From Yuukianura sp. NJ FZ-2021 (taxonomy: Eukaryota): DNA of 64,000 nucleotides. The position numbers and the translations under genes are program-made. Below are positions 1-11,798 of the stretch, one piece after another. The notes under the pieces are model-generated. The model was not told the origin of the DNA. It was given only the letters and a program-made list of their open reading frames with translations, and searched no databases. Location: positions 310,001-374,000 of the forward strand of contig CM102288.1 in NCBI GenBank assembly GCA_046563655.1. The letters are read 5' to 3'. The stretch's first letter is position 1. Each line of letters starts with the position of its first letter.

Positions 1-381
1 CATTGGTTTCATTTCGTTGACCTTCGTCGTGAGTCTGCGCATTGCCTCCACTTTTGTAATGTTCCCAAGTGCTTCCCACGTTTGCTTTTCACGCGTGTTC
101 ATGTCCTCTTTTTCCGCTTGCGGAGCAGCTCGAAATGCTCCGTGAGCAGAGTGCTTCAAAAGGGCTTTGAACTGTCGCTTCTGCTCCTCAGACAACTTGT
201 ACGGATGATCTGTCAAAAAATTTCCAAATTTTATTTTGCCACTTTACTCAAAATTTGAACAATTTGGTTTTCAAAGGCATCTTTGACTTTTGAAAAGTCA
301 GTTACCTGCTGCTGCTTTGAGGTTTTCCAGGAAAACGACAGCTTCTTCATAGTTTCGTTGCTGCTCTTGAAGTGTCCCCAT
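1..381 (-). CDS. Acyl-CoA-binding-domain (ACBP)-like protein, 5' part (continues beyond window start)
   Basis: ATG at 381, exon 381-306, GT..AG intron, exon 209-1. Translation: MGTLQEQQRNYEEAVVFLENLKAAADHPYKLSEEQKRQFKALLKHSAHG...KQTWEALGNITKVEAMRRL. This resembles the ACBP helices (LS.E....Y.L.KQA..G and W..LG.MSKEEAM). Confidence 0.6.
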
Positions 382-1347
382 TTTCTAAAATTTTCAACTT
401 CAAAGAAACTGAAATTCTCCAGAAACTAGGGATACTTTTAGGGATTTTTTATTAGTTTGAATTGTAATCGTATTCTAATAAGTTGCAAAATTCCACGGCT
501 TGATCAAGTTCTTACCAAACCGGAACTCACCAATCCAAATCCCTTTTACTTTGAAAAAGACAAGGAAACATGGCACTAAAAGGAATAAAAATAGCTTTGG
601 GAATTTTGAGTGGGAGTGTGCCAAAATCAGCAGATGACATGAATTTAGTTTTCAGTTGAAACAGACTTCAAATGATCTGTTTCAGTTCGTATTTTTCTCA
701 ATTTAATTCTGCGTTTGAAAAATTTAGCAAAAAAAGAACATTTCAAGTCTTTCAACTTTTTCCTCACACAATTTGTGTCTACCCACTCAAAGGAACAAAT
801 TTTTGAGAGTGCTGGCACAAATTAAACAAGATTTATTTTCTGAAAATTATTGTGTATTTTATATAACCTTAGCTTTCTCACGAAAATAAAGATTTTTATC
901 AAACTTTAGCTCTCTCGTCAAAAATAAAAATGTAAACTGCATATCCCAAAATCCTAAAAGAAAAAAAATTCGCGTGTAAAGTAGCACGTTTTTTGGATTC
1001 TCACTTTCTTTAATTAAAATTTTCAGTTTTGGGTATGGAATTTCTGACATAAATTGTGTTTGATTCTACGAAACAGAATTCACATACTACGTCAAAATAA
1101 CTCAAGTTGAGTTAGCATCTCTCCCATTGTGCAACTTCCACTCTTAATGACTTGCATTTTTGGGATAAAATTTCGGAAACTACACGAGTTCAATTGCAAA
1201 TTGGACAAAAATTCTCAACACGCGTTTGATTTTTCAAAGTGATTTTTGTTCAAACTTTACTATAAAAACACAACTTTACTAATTAAAATTGAATAGTCTA
1301 CTGCTGAAACTTAGCAGACAAAAAAGAGACTAAAACGTTGTTGAATT

Positions 1348-2984
1348 ATGGTATTCATTGAGCGTGTCAAAGAAATCAGTTTCTTTTTCCTTGCTTCCTT
1401 ATGTGCACTAATATTCTCCCCGATTTGGATTTTCTTTTGGATTTGGAAAACAATTGTAAAAAGTTTGATTTACATTTTCTATAGCGAATTGGATTTAACC
1501 TTTCTGAGTGTTGCGGACTCGTACATGTATGGGCTTGAAGGACGAGACGACTTTTGCCTAAATCCGAAAATATGCGTTGTAGGGATACTGGTTCTGGAAG
1601 GTCATTTGGGTCAAGATGAAGTTCGGACTAAATTTCAAAAGGAAGTTATTGAGGGGTCAAGGACGTTCGGAAGACTTAGGAAACGGATTTTCAAAAAATT
1701 TGGTTACGTCTTTTTTGGTTGGGATAAAAATTTTGACATTGCAAATCACATCTACGAAGTTCAAATTCCTCTAAATCAGGAGTCGCTGCAAGATTTTGTG
1801 GTCCAGCGATACAGAGCTCCATTTCAGCCGGATTCCCCCATGTGGGAAATCCTGCTGATTCAAAAGTACAATGGACAAAACAAAACTTTGCTTTTGATTC
1901 GAATGCATCATTTGGTCATGGATGGTTTCAGTGCAATCCATTTCCTAAAGGCATGCGCAACCGAAATACCGGAATCGACTCAATGCCGGGAAACCGGAAT
2001 GCCGATGCCGGCTGAAATTCAGAAATCGACTGAAATGCCGAAATCTGCCCAACTGACGGAGATATCTGTTCAGATACCGAAACTCACACGAACCGAACCA
2101 CGAACCGAACTCACTGATTCGATACCGGTACCGCCCACGACACTTCTACAACGCTTAGGAGATGTTTACACGGGAACAATCGCTGTACCCTGGAAATACA
2201 TTCTGGAACAACGGAGTCACACGAAAGTACCGGATTTGGCAAATTTTGAAAAGCAGCAACAGCAGCCTTTCCATGCTTTTGGTGTGAAAATTCCTTTGGA
2301 GAAGTTCAAAACGCTCAAAGCAACTAGAAATGTTTCATTTACTGAAGCTATCCTCGTTGCTACGTCTTATGCACTCAGCGAAACCTGCAAACCAATCAGA
2401 AGCCAGGATTCTCTTCCGATGAAGCTCACATTTCCATTACCGACTACTGGAAAAACAATTGGAAACAATTTGTAAGCAGCAAACCACTTATTAAAAAGAA
2501 AGCAATTTTTTTTTGTGTTTTTAAAAATTTGGTGCAACTTTTTAGCTATCTTCCGGAGGTCAACTTACCATTGGGATCAATGACCTTGGAAGAGCGTCTG
2601 CAGCGATGCCAAGATGAACTTCGACTAACTAAAAACAGCGTTTCAGCTAAAGTTTCTGGAATGATTCTAACGGCTGGAACAGTATTCCCGATGGCACTGT
2701 TTAGAAAAATGTTTATCAAGGAGTCAGCATTTGGCATCATTTCCAATTTGCCTGGTCCACCTCAAACGTTTTTGTTGTTTGGACGAAACATTGAAGAAGT
2801 CTACGACAGCATGATTCCGTCACTAGGTGGACCACCACTCTTTGTATGCATCGTAAGCTACGGTGGGCATGTCACAATCACCACCAGTGCAATGCCCAAT
2901 TTGTTCAAAACTAAAACTGAATTTAACACGTTTCAACAAAATTTCCAATTTGGTTTGAATGCACTTTTTTCAGAGGATGTTTGA
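1348..2984 (+). CDS. Wax ester synthase/diacylglycerol acyltransferase (WS/DGAT)-like protein
   Basis: Exons 1348-2471 and 2546-2984 join in frame (...GNNF|YLPEV). Contains an N-terminal hydrophobic segment, P.WE followed by the catalytic HHxxxDG motif (RMHHLVMDG), and C-terminal ISNLPGP and SYGG motifs typical of the family. Confidence 0.8.
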
Positions 2985-3309
2985 GGAGGAATTAAATCAA
3001 AGATTTAACTCTGAATAAAACTTTTAAATTTTACATGATCAGAGCAAAAGTTTCACAAATATTTCAATTTTTATTTCTGAAGATATCTTTGCATTAAGGT
3101 GAAAACGGAAGTTGTGCTTTTTTGCCGTCCAACATAAACAGTTTAGTTGCAAAGCGCAAAAACGCGCAAAAACTAATGCATTCCTTAATATATTATAAAA
3201 TATTATAATTATAATATTATTGTTATTATTAATATTTAAATAGTGGAATAAGTTGGACGTTGTGTAGGAAGAGAAAAGTGAAATGGAGAAATGGACGGCG
3301 CGTGTGAAT

Positions 3310-4064
3310 TCAAGGCGACATTGCATATTGGACGTTGTAGTTTGATAGTTGTCGTGCAGTTCTTAGTATAGTTCTGAATTCGCGGATGATGATGAGACTG
3401 ACAATGCGGTAGCACATGTAAATCAGATCTGGAATGTGGTAGGCGATGAGCTTCGGAGTGGAGGCCAATGTCCATACAGTGGACAGGATCATGAGGCCCA
3501 GGAACAGGCAATGCGTCAACACCCAGCAGTGCAACTGACCCGTACTTCTCTACTTTCAAAATTTCAAAAATTACATCTTTTTTGAAATTATGAAACATTT
3601 GGAATTTGGAAAGTAAAAGATTCTTGAAAGTGCGTACCTTGGTTACCCCATAGTATAGGATAATGAATAAGATTCCCGAGAGAATGAGAAACACGGCTGT
3701 GGGGAAAGTTAAAAGTAAAAGTTTTTGATAAAAAATTTGTTTTTAAGCTTTAGCTTTTCTTTTAAAGTTTTGAATTTTGAAATTTCAAAATTTCAAAGTT
3801 GTGCTATGTACCGTAAATATAAATGACGAGTTGGTCCCCTTGTTCGTTGTAGTACTCTTTACCCAAATTGGAAATTAAGTCAGGCCACAGCAACAGCGTC
3901 GAAACGGCAATGAAACCAAGAGTCAAGATTATCTAATTAAAAACATCAAAAAACTGAATTTCTCTTAAAATTTTTAAATTTTGAGACAAAAAACAGCAAC
4001 TTTTGAATAGTTGGCTTACAGCATCCAGTACCAGTACAACGCGAGCTCTAGCTTCTTCCTTCAT
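3310..4064 (-). CDS. Small four-TM membrane protein, tandem paralog A
   Basis: Four exons with GT-AG ends: MKEEARARVVLVLDA | IILTLGFIAVSTLLLW... | AVFLILSGILFIILYYGVTK | RSTGQLHCWVLTH...YAMSP*. An upstream extension cannot be excluded. Confidence 0.7.
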
Positions 4065-4767
4065 TGGGTCAGAAGAGTAGGAATGCTTCTCAAGTTGGAA
4101 AGAAATTTAGGAATTTTTAAAAGAATTTCAGAATTTTTCAAAAATTTCCCGAAAGTTTAAACTAATTCATATTCCTCTAAACTTTGTTAGGATTTTTGTA
4201 GCTCCTGTTGGTCCCGGTGTTAAATCTAACAAATTTTGTTAACAAATGGAATTTAAAGAATCGATTTTTTGAATTAAAGGAACAAACAAATTTCGAGACG
4301 TAAGTTTTATGGCGTGAGAAGTTGGGTTTAGAGGAAGTGGAGCTTTGTGTGCTTTCTCCTGAACTAATCCCATTTGGATCTTAGAATGTGAATGTCGGTG
4401 GAGCATGATGTGGGATTGGGTGGTTATGGTTTGGGTGTTGGTTGGATTAACCTTTGGACGAACGAGGTCAAATGACTCTTTCCATAAGATCCAAGTGGAG
4501 CATTGGGGAAAGAGGTGAAAGTGGCTATTGATCCATCTGTTGCAGGTGAAAGTGGAAGATGTTGAGCAAACGGGTGATTAAACAATAAGCCAAAACTCCA
4601 GCAAAGTACGGCCTCCACAAACTTTACTAAATTTCAAAACAAAACTTTTAGGAAAAAAAAAAATCCAAGCAGGATTAGTCAAAGTCTGCGGCTGAGAGTG
4701 GGTCAGGGTAGGAAAATTTTTTAGAAAATTCGTCTTTTTATTTTGTTTTTCGTGATTTTTCAATTTT

Positions 4768-5588
4768 TTAAATAGTGTTTGACTCCAAGGCTTTTGTGAT
4801 TCCAGATCCAGAGTCAATTTCTCCTGTCTGTGTAGGAAGGATTTCAATTTTGGTTGAAATTTTGATCTGCTCCAAATCCTTAGCCCGGGCGTCAGCTTTG
4901 ATTTGTTTTAAAAATTGCCAGATGATTCTAATCGTAACGATTCTGTAGATGATGAACAAAATATTTGGAACTTTGATTATAATTTTTCTACTTCCGTTCC
5001 ATCCTCCAATCACAAGAGTTTCGAAAATCACGAGTCCAGTCAGAATACTGTTAGCAACTATCCATGTCCGCAGTTTTGTAACACTTCGCTAAAGATTCAA
5101 ATTAAATTATGAATTTAAAATTTTCTGCTTTTGAGAATTTTAAAATTGACAAAAAATTCAGTACGTGATGAGCTCCAGAATGCAGCATCATGATCAACAA
5201 CAAATTCACCGAGAGGAATGTAACTACAAAAATAGGAAACTATGCTCATGCTCTCAAAACAATTTCCAACTTCTTTGAAATGTTAAAAACTCAAGGATTT
5301 CAAATTTCAAAAACAATTTTTTACTTAGGATTGCTCCAGTGAGTCGCAGAATAGTTTCGTAATAGTCTTTTTCATGAATTCCAACCAAATGGAGCATAGG
5401 GGTTGGCGCACTAAAAATTACGACGGAGCAGGCCAGTACAAACCCTGCTATTAACTTAAACAAAAGAGAAACACACAAGTGTTGATTATTTTAACTTTTC
5501 AAAATTTTGATTTCATTTTTTAATTACTTTTTTTTGTTCTTACCGAATCTATTGCGACAACCGTTGAAGCTTTTTTATAATGATCCAT
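4768..5588 (-). CDS. Small four-TM membrane protein, tandem paralog B
   Basis: MDHYKKASTVVAIDS | LIAGFVLACSVVIF... | ITFLSVNLLLIMMLHSGAHH | RSVTKLRTWIVANS...ESNTI*. Same intron phases as paralogs A and C. Confidence 0.7.
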
Positions 5589-6124
5589 TTTGTGTCAAAG
5601 ATGATTTTGAGGTCAAGGTCAAAGACTTTAGCAGTAAAGAATGCAAGTGTAAAGTGAGTACTAAAATTTGTTTTTAGAAATTCTCTGGTTAGTTAGATCT
5701 TCCTTGTTAAAAATAAAAGTAGAATTAAGAGAGTAATTAAGTTAATTAAAAGCTAAATAAGAGAGAGAGAATCATTAGCGAAAAAGAGGTTTTGGCAAAA
5801 ACCGCAAAGGACTAAAGTGCTAAAATGTCACTTCCAATTTCTCACTTTCCAGCTAACAACCTCTCTGCCATCTCCTGAAGGGCTTCACCAAATTGACATC
5901 TTTCAGTGATCATATTTTCTCGAACTTTAAAAGGAGAAAGACGACGTTGAAAATTTTTTTTCGTTACATTAGTAATTTGGTTGTTTATTTGTTAGTTTTG
6001 GTTTGTTAGATTCTGCGTTTCTCGAAAGTAAACAAAAGAGAGAAATTTTTCTCGAGAAGTTCCGAATTTCATTGATTTTGGAAAAACTCACAATTTTGGA
6101 CTAAACAGATTTCAAAATTTTGAA

Positions 6125-6818
6125 TTACGGATGAAAAACCGAATCTGTTTGAAGCTCAACTGCATAGGCATTGACTACTTTGAGGCAAAAGAATTTGTAG
6201 GTGACCCCAATGACCTCGGCCAAAATGGAAATTGGATCCAGAAAAATTTTGATAAAAGCAGATACGGCCATGAGAACAAGAAAAATTCGATTTGTGACCA
6301 ACCAAATGAAACAGCGGTTGTAATTTTTCTGAAAAAAAAAAAATCAAACTTTCTAAAATGAAATTGAAAATTTTGGAAGTAAAAATAAATCCGCCTTACC
6401 AGTAATACTCCTTCAAGTAGTAAAATGATCATTCCCAATTGAAAAGTTCCTGCAACTGAAATTACATCAGCTTCATTTTAGACAATAATACCTCAATTTA
6501 ATTTTTCAGAAAAAAGTCAAAAATTTCAAAAAATGCGTTTTTTTTTAAAACTTACTAACAAACCGAACAATGAGTCCAATAAACAGTAGACGGACTTTCC
6601 CACTTTCTTCATCTGCCGGATTATATTGAAATGCAAAAATGATACTCAGGATTCCCATTACAATCATCCCCAAGATGAACAGCACCTTATGAAGCAGTAG
6701 AAAAAAGAATCAAAATTTCAAAGTTCAAAAACAAAATGTTTTTTTTTCAAAATTTCAGTTTTCGAAAACTTACGGCATCGACGTAGGCGATAGTTCTTGC
6801 TTTCTCCGCCACGTTCAT
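6125..6818 (-). CDS. Small four-TM membrane protein, tandem paralog C
   Basis: MNVAEKARTIAYVDA | VLFILGMIVMGILSIIF... | RTFQLGMIILLLEGVLL | KNYNRCFIWLVTN...SVFHP*. Confidence 0.7.
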
Positions 6819-8631
6819 GATCTCAGGGATGAATTGTTGGGGTGATTGGATTTCCTCCAGCTTTTTTCTACCTTTAATACTTTTTCCACAGTAGTACAAG
6901 AAAAGTCAACACCTTTTCAAATTCTTTTTTTTATGAAAATCCTTTTTGAAAACTTTTTGTAAAGAGGATTACTGTTGCTTTCTCCTTGTTCACACCAAGA
7001 TCCTTTTATCCCACTTCCTCTCTGTTGCAACAAGAGAAAGCAACTGGTGGTGAAAGCTAGAAAGTCGTTTTCAAAAAAGTGAGGTGTGACAGGAAATGAA
7101 CGGAAAATGATGTTTAGCAGCCGCTTTCTCCGCTTTCCCCAACAGCACTCTTCCAGAACTTCATCTTTGGAAGCCCCAAAGTCATTTTGGAGGAATCTCC
7201 TATCATGTTCTCCAAATGGATTGCGCAATTCAAATTCCTTTTCCAAAACACTTCCTGCCTCCTCTCTATAGTTTTAGTTTTTACTTTATGGAAAACTAAA
7301 TGGTTGGTCTTCGTGCTCAGTTGCCGTTTTGATCTCTGTTCAACCAAAACCAATGCAAAAACATCGAGGCAAAACAGCTACCAAAAATTGATTTTTTGAA
7401 AGTTGTTTTTTGCTTTTAGCGGAAATGAATTTAAACCATTTCCGGAAACGGAAAAGTGACTTTTGGAGTTTGGGAGAAAAGAGATTTTTCGTAAATTGGA
7501 TTTGGGGTTGGACTGTTTTTAGAAACGGATGTAAAAAATTCGAACGATTTCTGGAAATCTGGTTTCGAATTTGAATTTTTCAAAAAAAAATGTCATTTAC
7601 AGGAAAACATTTTCTGGGTCACTGTGGGGTCAAATTGTTTTCGTGTTTTCGTGTTTGAAGAAAGTGAAATTCGTCCCTCGACAGGCAATGACTGTCACTT
7701 TCACTTTCGCTTTTCAAGCAAAATTGTAAACGTCTTCATCTCTTTCCTTCTTGTGAAAGCGGTTACCGTAAAGTTTCAAATAATGTAAAGGTGAAGAAGT
7801 AAATTGAAATTTTGACTTAGACTTTGATACTTTCCGTTTTCGGAGTAGAACTTTTACGGTATTCTGGACACTGTGTGGAACAGCAGCCCGGGTAGCTGAA
7901 ATGCAATTTTGAGTCTCCTTTTTTTGAGAAAATTGACACGGAGGGACGAAGGAAAATGAAAACAAGATTGGCATCGTTTTCTCCTCTTCCTCCACTTTCA
8001 CCGAAGCACGTTTTGTAAAAAGAAGAAAAGCCGTAAGGACTTATAGCAAAATTACTTTCTCTTCACACTTAATCTCATTCTTCGTCTGCAGCTTCTTTCT
8101 AATGAAAAACTTTTAATCAAACTTACGTCATCCTCTTTTCAGCAAAAAGAGAGCATTTTCTGCCTTTTGTCAAAAACAGAACCAAAAATTGTTTGCTTTT
8201 TGTCTATTGAGTGTGAAACAATGAGAACAAAGAAACTGAATTGGATTTACCTTTTGAAAAGTCTACAAAATTTATACAGATTCATCGATGGTCCAGACGT
8301 TTTTGAGAATTCGTATTCATGTTACAAATCAATATAACGAGTTTGAAACAATGTGGAGCGTTATGATGATGGAGTTTAGCACTACTTGAGATTACAAGAT
8401 CCTATGGCGTTTTGAAGTGGCTCTTGTTACTTGATAACTTTTTGAAGTTAATCCGGAGTTTTGATTTTCTACATAAATCTCTAAGCATAAACGCAAAACA
8501 CCAAAAATGGGGAAATTATTACAAGTGGGCTGATTTTTAGTATAAATCCGCAGTGTGGAGATATCCAAATTTCCAAAATCATTTAACACTTTTTGATTGA
8601 GTGATTTTGAAAAGGTCAAGGTCAAACAATA

Positions 8632-11060
8632 ATGAAATTTGCAGTTCTATTAGTAGTGCTAGCTGCCCTGGATTTAACTTGTGGAGTTGCAATTGACCTT
8701 ACAGAGAAACAGGTCAAACATAACCGAAAACCCGGAGATGGTAGGAAAAACACACTTCTTAACACTTTTTTCATCAAAATTCAATCTTTTCTTTTAAAAT
8801 TCTGTAGATATTGGGATGCATTCTAGAAGACCAAACACTAATCGCTATCAAACAAAACAATACAGCAGAAGCCTTTCTGAAGAAAGTAATGCTTTTAAAT
8901 TTGAATTTTGTTTTTTGTTAAAATTTGAAAAGTTTGATTTCAAAATTTTGAAATTTCAGGTGAGCATGAAGCGTATTGGCAGAGAGAGGGACAAGAAGCC
9001 TTACGTCAAACCTTGAACAAAAGTCCAATAGAAAAGGAAGCCAAGAATGCAATTTTGTTCCTTGGCGATGGAATGTCAATTCCAACGATTACTGCTGCCA
9101 GAATACTCCAAGGTCAACTGGAAGGTCAAAGTGGAGAGGAGGGGTCACTGTACTTTGAGTCATTTCCATACGTAGCCTTGTCCAAGGTTTGGTAAAAAAA
9201 CGATCTTCAAAATTTGAAATTGTGGGTTTTCACTTTATCTAATCAAAATCACTTGTAATTTTGCAGACTTTTTGCAGCGACAGTCAGGTATTTGCCGCAT
9301 GTTCAAAATTACTTCCAAATCTTGTAATTTTAACACTAATCCTTCAACTGATTAAATTTTCAGGTTGCAGATTCTGCGTGTTCGGGTGAGTAAATTTTCA
9401 TTTCAAAAAAACAAAAAAACATGCAAATTTTGATTTTTTTTTAAATTTGAGTGTAGCAACTGCATATTTGACTGGAAGCAAAGCAAATTATGGTACGATT
9501 GGCGTATCTCCGCGTGTTTCCACGCAAGACGCATTGTGTGATGGCCAAGAAGATCCAGAAAATCAATTGAGCTCAATTTTGGCATGGGCTCAGGCTGCTG
9601 GAAAATCTACTGGAATTGTCACCACTACGAGAGTTACACATGCATCTCCAGCAGGTAACTAAAAAAAATGAAATTTTTAAAAATTGGAAATCACCTCAAA
9701 AGTCAAAATTAGAATTTTGAAAATATTGCTGGAATGTCTAGGTACCTACGCCCATGTCAAAGATCGGGACTACGAAGATGACGCTGATGTACGTGTTTCT
9801 ATGATTTTTGCAATTTTTAAAAATTTTGAAAATTGAGCACAATTTTCACCCACAACTTTGTGTTACTTTAGATGCTAGATTTAGGGGCGGATCCAGACGT
9901 CTGCTCCGACATTGCAGAGCAACTCATTCTGCATCAGCCTGGTAGAGACATTGATGTAAGGTCAAAAGTGAAAGGTCAAAGGTCAAAATGACCTACACGT
10001 TAAATGTGTGGTGTTGGCAGGTCATCCTTGGAGGTGGAAGGGAGAAGTTTACGCCCCAAGAAATTAATGACATTGAAACTGGGGAACCAGGGAACAGACT
10101 TGACCAAAAGGATTTGATTGGCACTTGGAAGACGCAGAATCCTGGAGGAGTTTATGTCACTGGACGAGACGAACTTGTAAAAGTGGACACAAGAGTGACA
10201 AATCGTCTACTTGGACTATTCTCCGACAGTCATTTGGCCTACAAAGATGAGCAGACACAGGACAATGATCCATCACTCAAAGAAATGGTCCAGGTCGCCA
10301 TTGAAATTCTGTCTAAAAACCCCAAGGGCTTCTTCCTCTTCGTCGAAGGCGGCAGAGTAATTTCCAAAATTCAAATTTTAGTGCTAAAAATTGTCAAAAT
10401 GTCAATTTCGTAACAACCCGGAAGTTTTATGGCTAAAATTCTTTCAAAATTTCAAATTTCTTAGATTGACCACGCCCATCACGACAACCGCGCGCAAAGG
10501 GCTCTCGTCGAGACACTTGAATTTGACGCTGCAATTAAAGTCGCTGATCAGCTCACGTGGGACGACGAAACTCTTTTAGTTGTCACCGCTGATCATGTAC
10601 ACCACATTTTTTGAATTCTTCATTCTTTTCAAAAAAACCGATTTCTAAACTTTTTTTCTAAAGTTTGTGACCAAATTTTGTGTTTTAGGCGCATGTGATG
10701 ACGATCAACGGTTACCCTGACCGTGGAAACGACATTCTGGAGCTTCAATCTGACCTGGATGACCTTGGATTGCCGTGGACTACTTTAACTTATGCCAATG
10801 GCCCTGGCTACCGCCCTCCGCCGATAATGCAGGACGGAAATTGTGGACGAGTGGACGTATCCATGGACGACGTCCATGACATCAAGTATGAGCAAGAAGC
10901 CATGGTCAAACTGGACTCAGAGACACACGGAGGAGAAGATGTGGCCATCTTTGCCAAGGGGCCCTTTGCACATCTATTTTCTGGAGTCCAGTACCAGAGT
11001 TACATTCCGCATGCCATGGCATACGCCAGTTGCATCGGGCCTGGAGAACGCTACTGCTAA
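8632..11060 (+). CDS. Alp: Alkaline phosphatase (multi-exon, signal peptide, no obvious GPI tail)
   Basis: Signal peptide [13 protein letters not shown]. Family motifs: [12 protein letters not shown], active-site VADSACSATA split over micro-exons, [43 protein letters not shown]. Confidence 0.95.
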
Positions 11061-11798
11061 ACATTTTTCAAAAAAAGTTCAATTTTTCAAACATTTTTTC
11101 AAAAAGTTACAAAACGTCCGCAACCATATTATATTATAGTCTTGTAGTAGACTTGCAAAAAAGTTATTTCAACAATAAATCATTATTGAACTGACAGTCC
11201 ATATTTTTCCAAATGAAATCTCAATTAAACTAAAATCCAAAAATTCTGTTTTTAGTTAAACGCCACTCATAAAAATTCATTCTAAGGCGTAGGCTTAAAA
11301 ACAACAATATCTCAATTTCTTAGAAGAATGGAAATTTTTAAAAATTGCAACAAAAGAAAATTTAAAAAAACGAAAAGCTGTTTGACTTTTGTTTCCAAAA
11401 TAAGCAATTGTTACTTTGTCTACCCTAACATGAGATTGGCTTTTTCCTACACGTACCAAAGGCCCAAACATTTTGAATTCTCGGTCTACTTCGTTTCCTA
11501 TGGTTTTTTCTTATGCTAAATCCACAAGGTTACAACCTTTTCAACCGTTTATTTATAAACTTTCACAAATTTTTATTTAGAAACTCAAAAAACCTCATTT
11601 CCAAGTAGACCAACAAAAAAGATTGTCATTTCGAATTTTAACTTTGCAACAAGAACACATTTCTTAAATCATTTGAAACCACAATTTGAAAGTAATTTGA
11701 CCTAACAAACTTTTACACTGCTGACTTCAACTAATTCCGCAGCCATTGAGGAAGTAAAGGTCAAACGAAGGAAGATAGGTCACGCCGAGGGTCAAAAA

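Noticed and set aside
4290..4620. Short ORF-like stretches upstream of 4-TM paralog A
   Set aside because: I could not build a consistent spliced frame, so this may be UTR.
6917..8001. Several 60-109 aa ORFs between paralog C and Alp
   Set aside because: No recognisable motifs or consistent splice structure. Probably promoter or UTR sequence.
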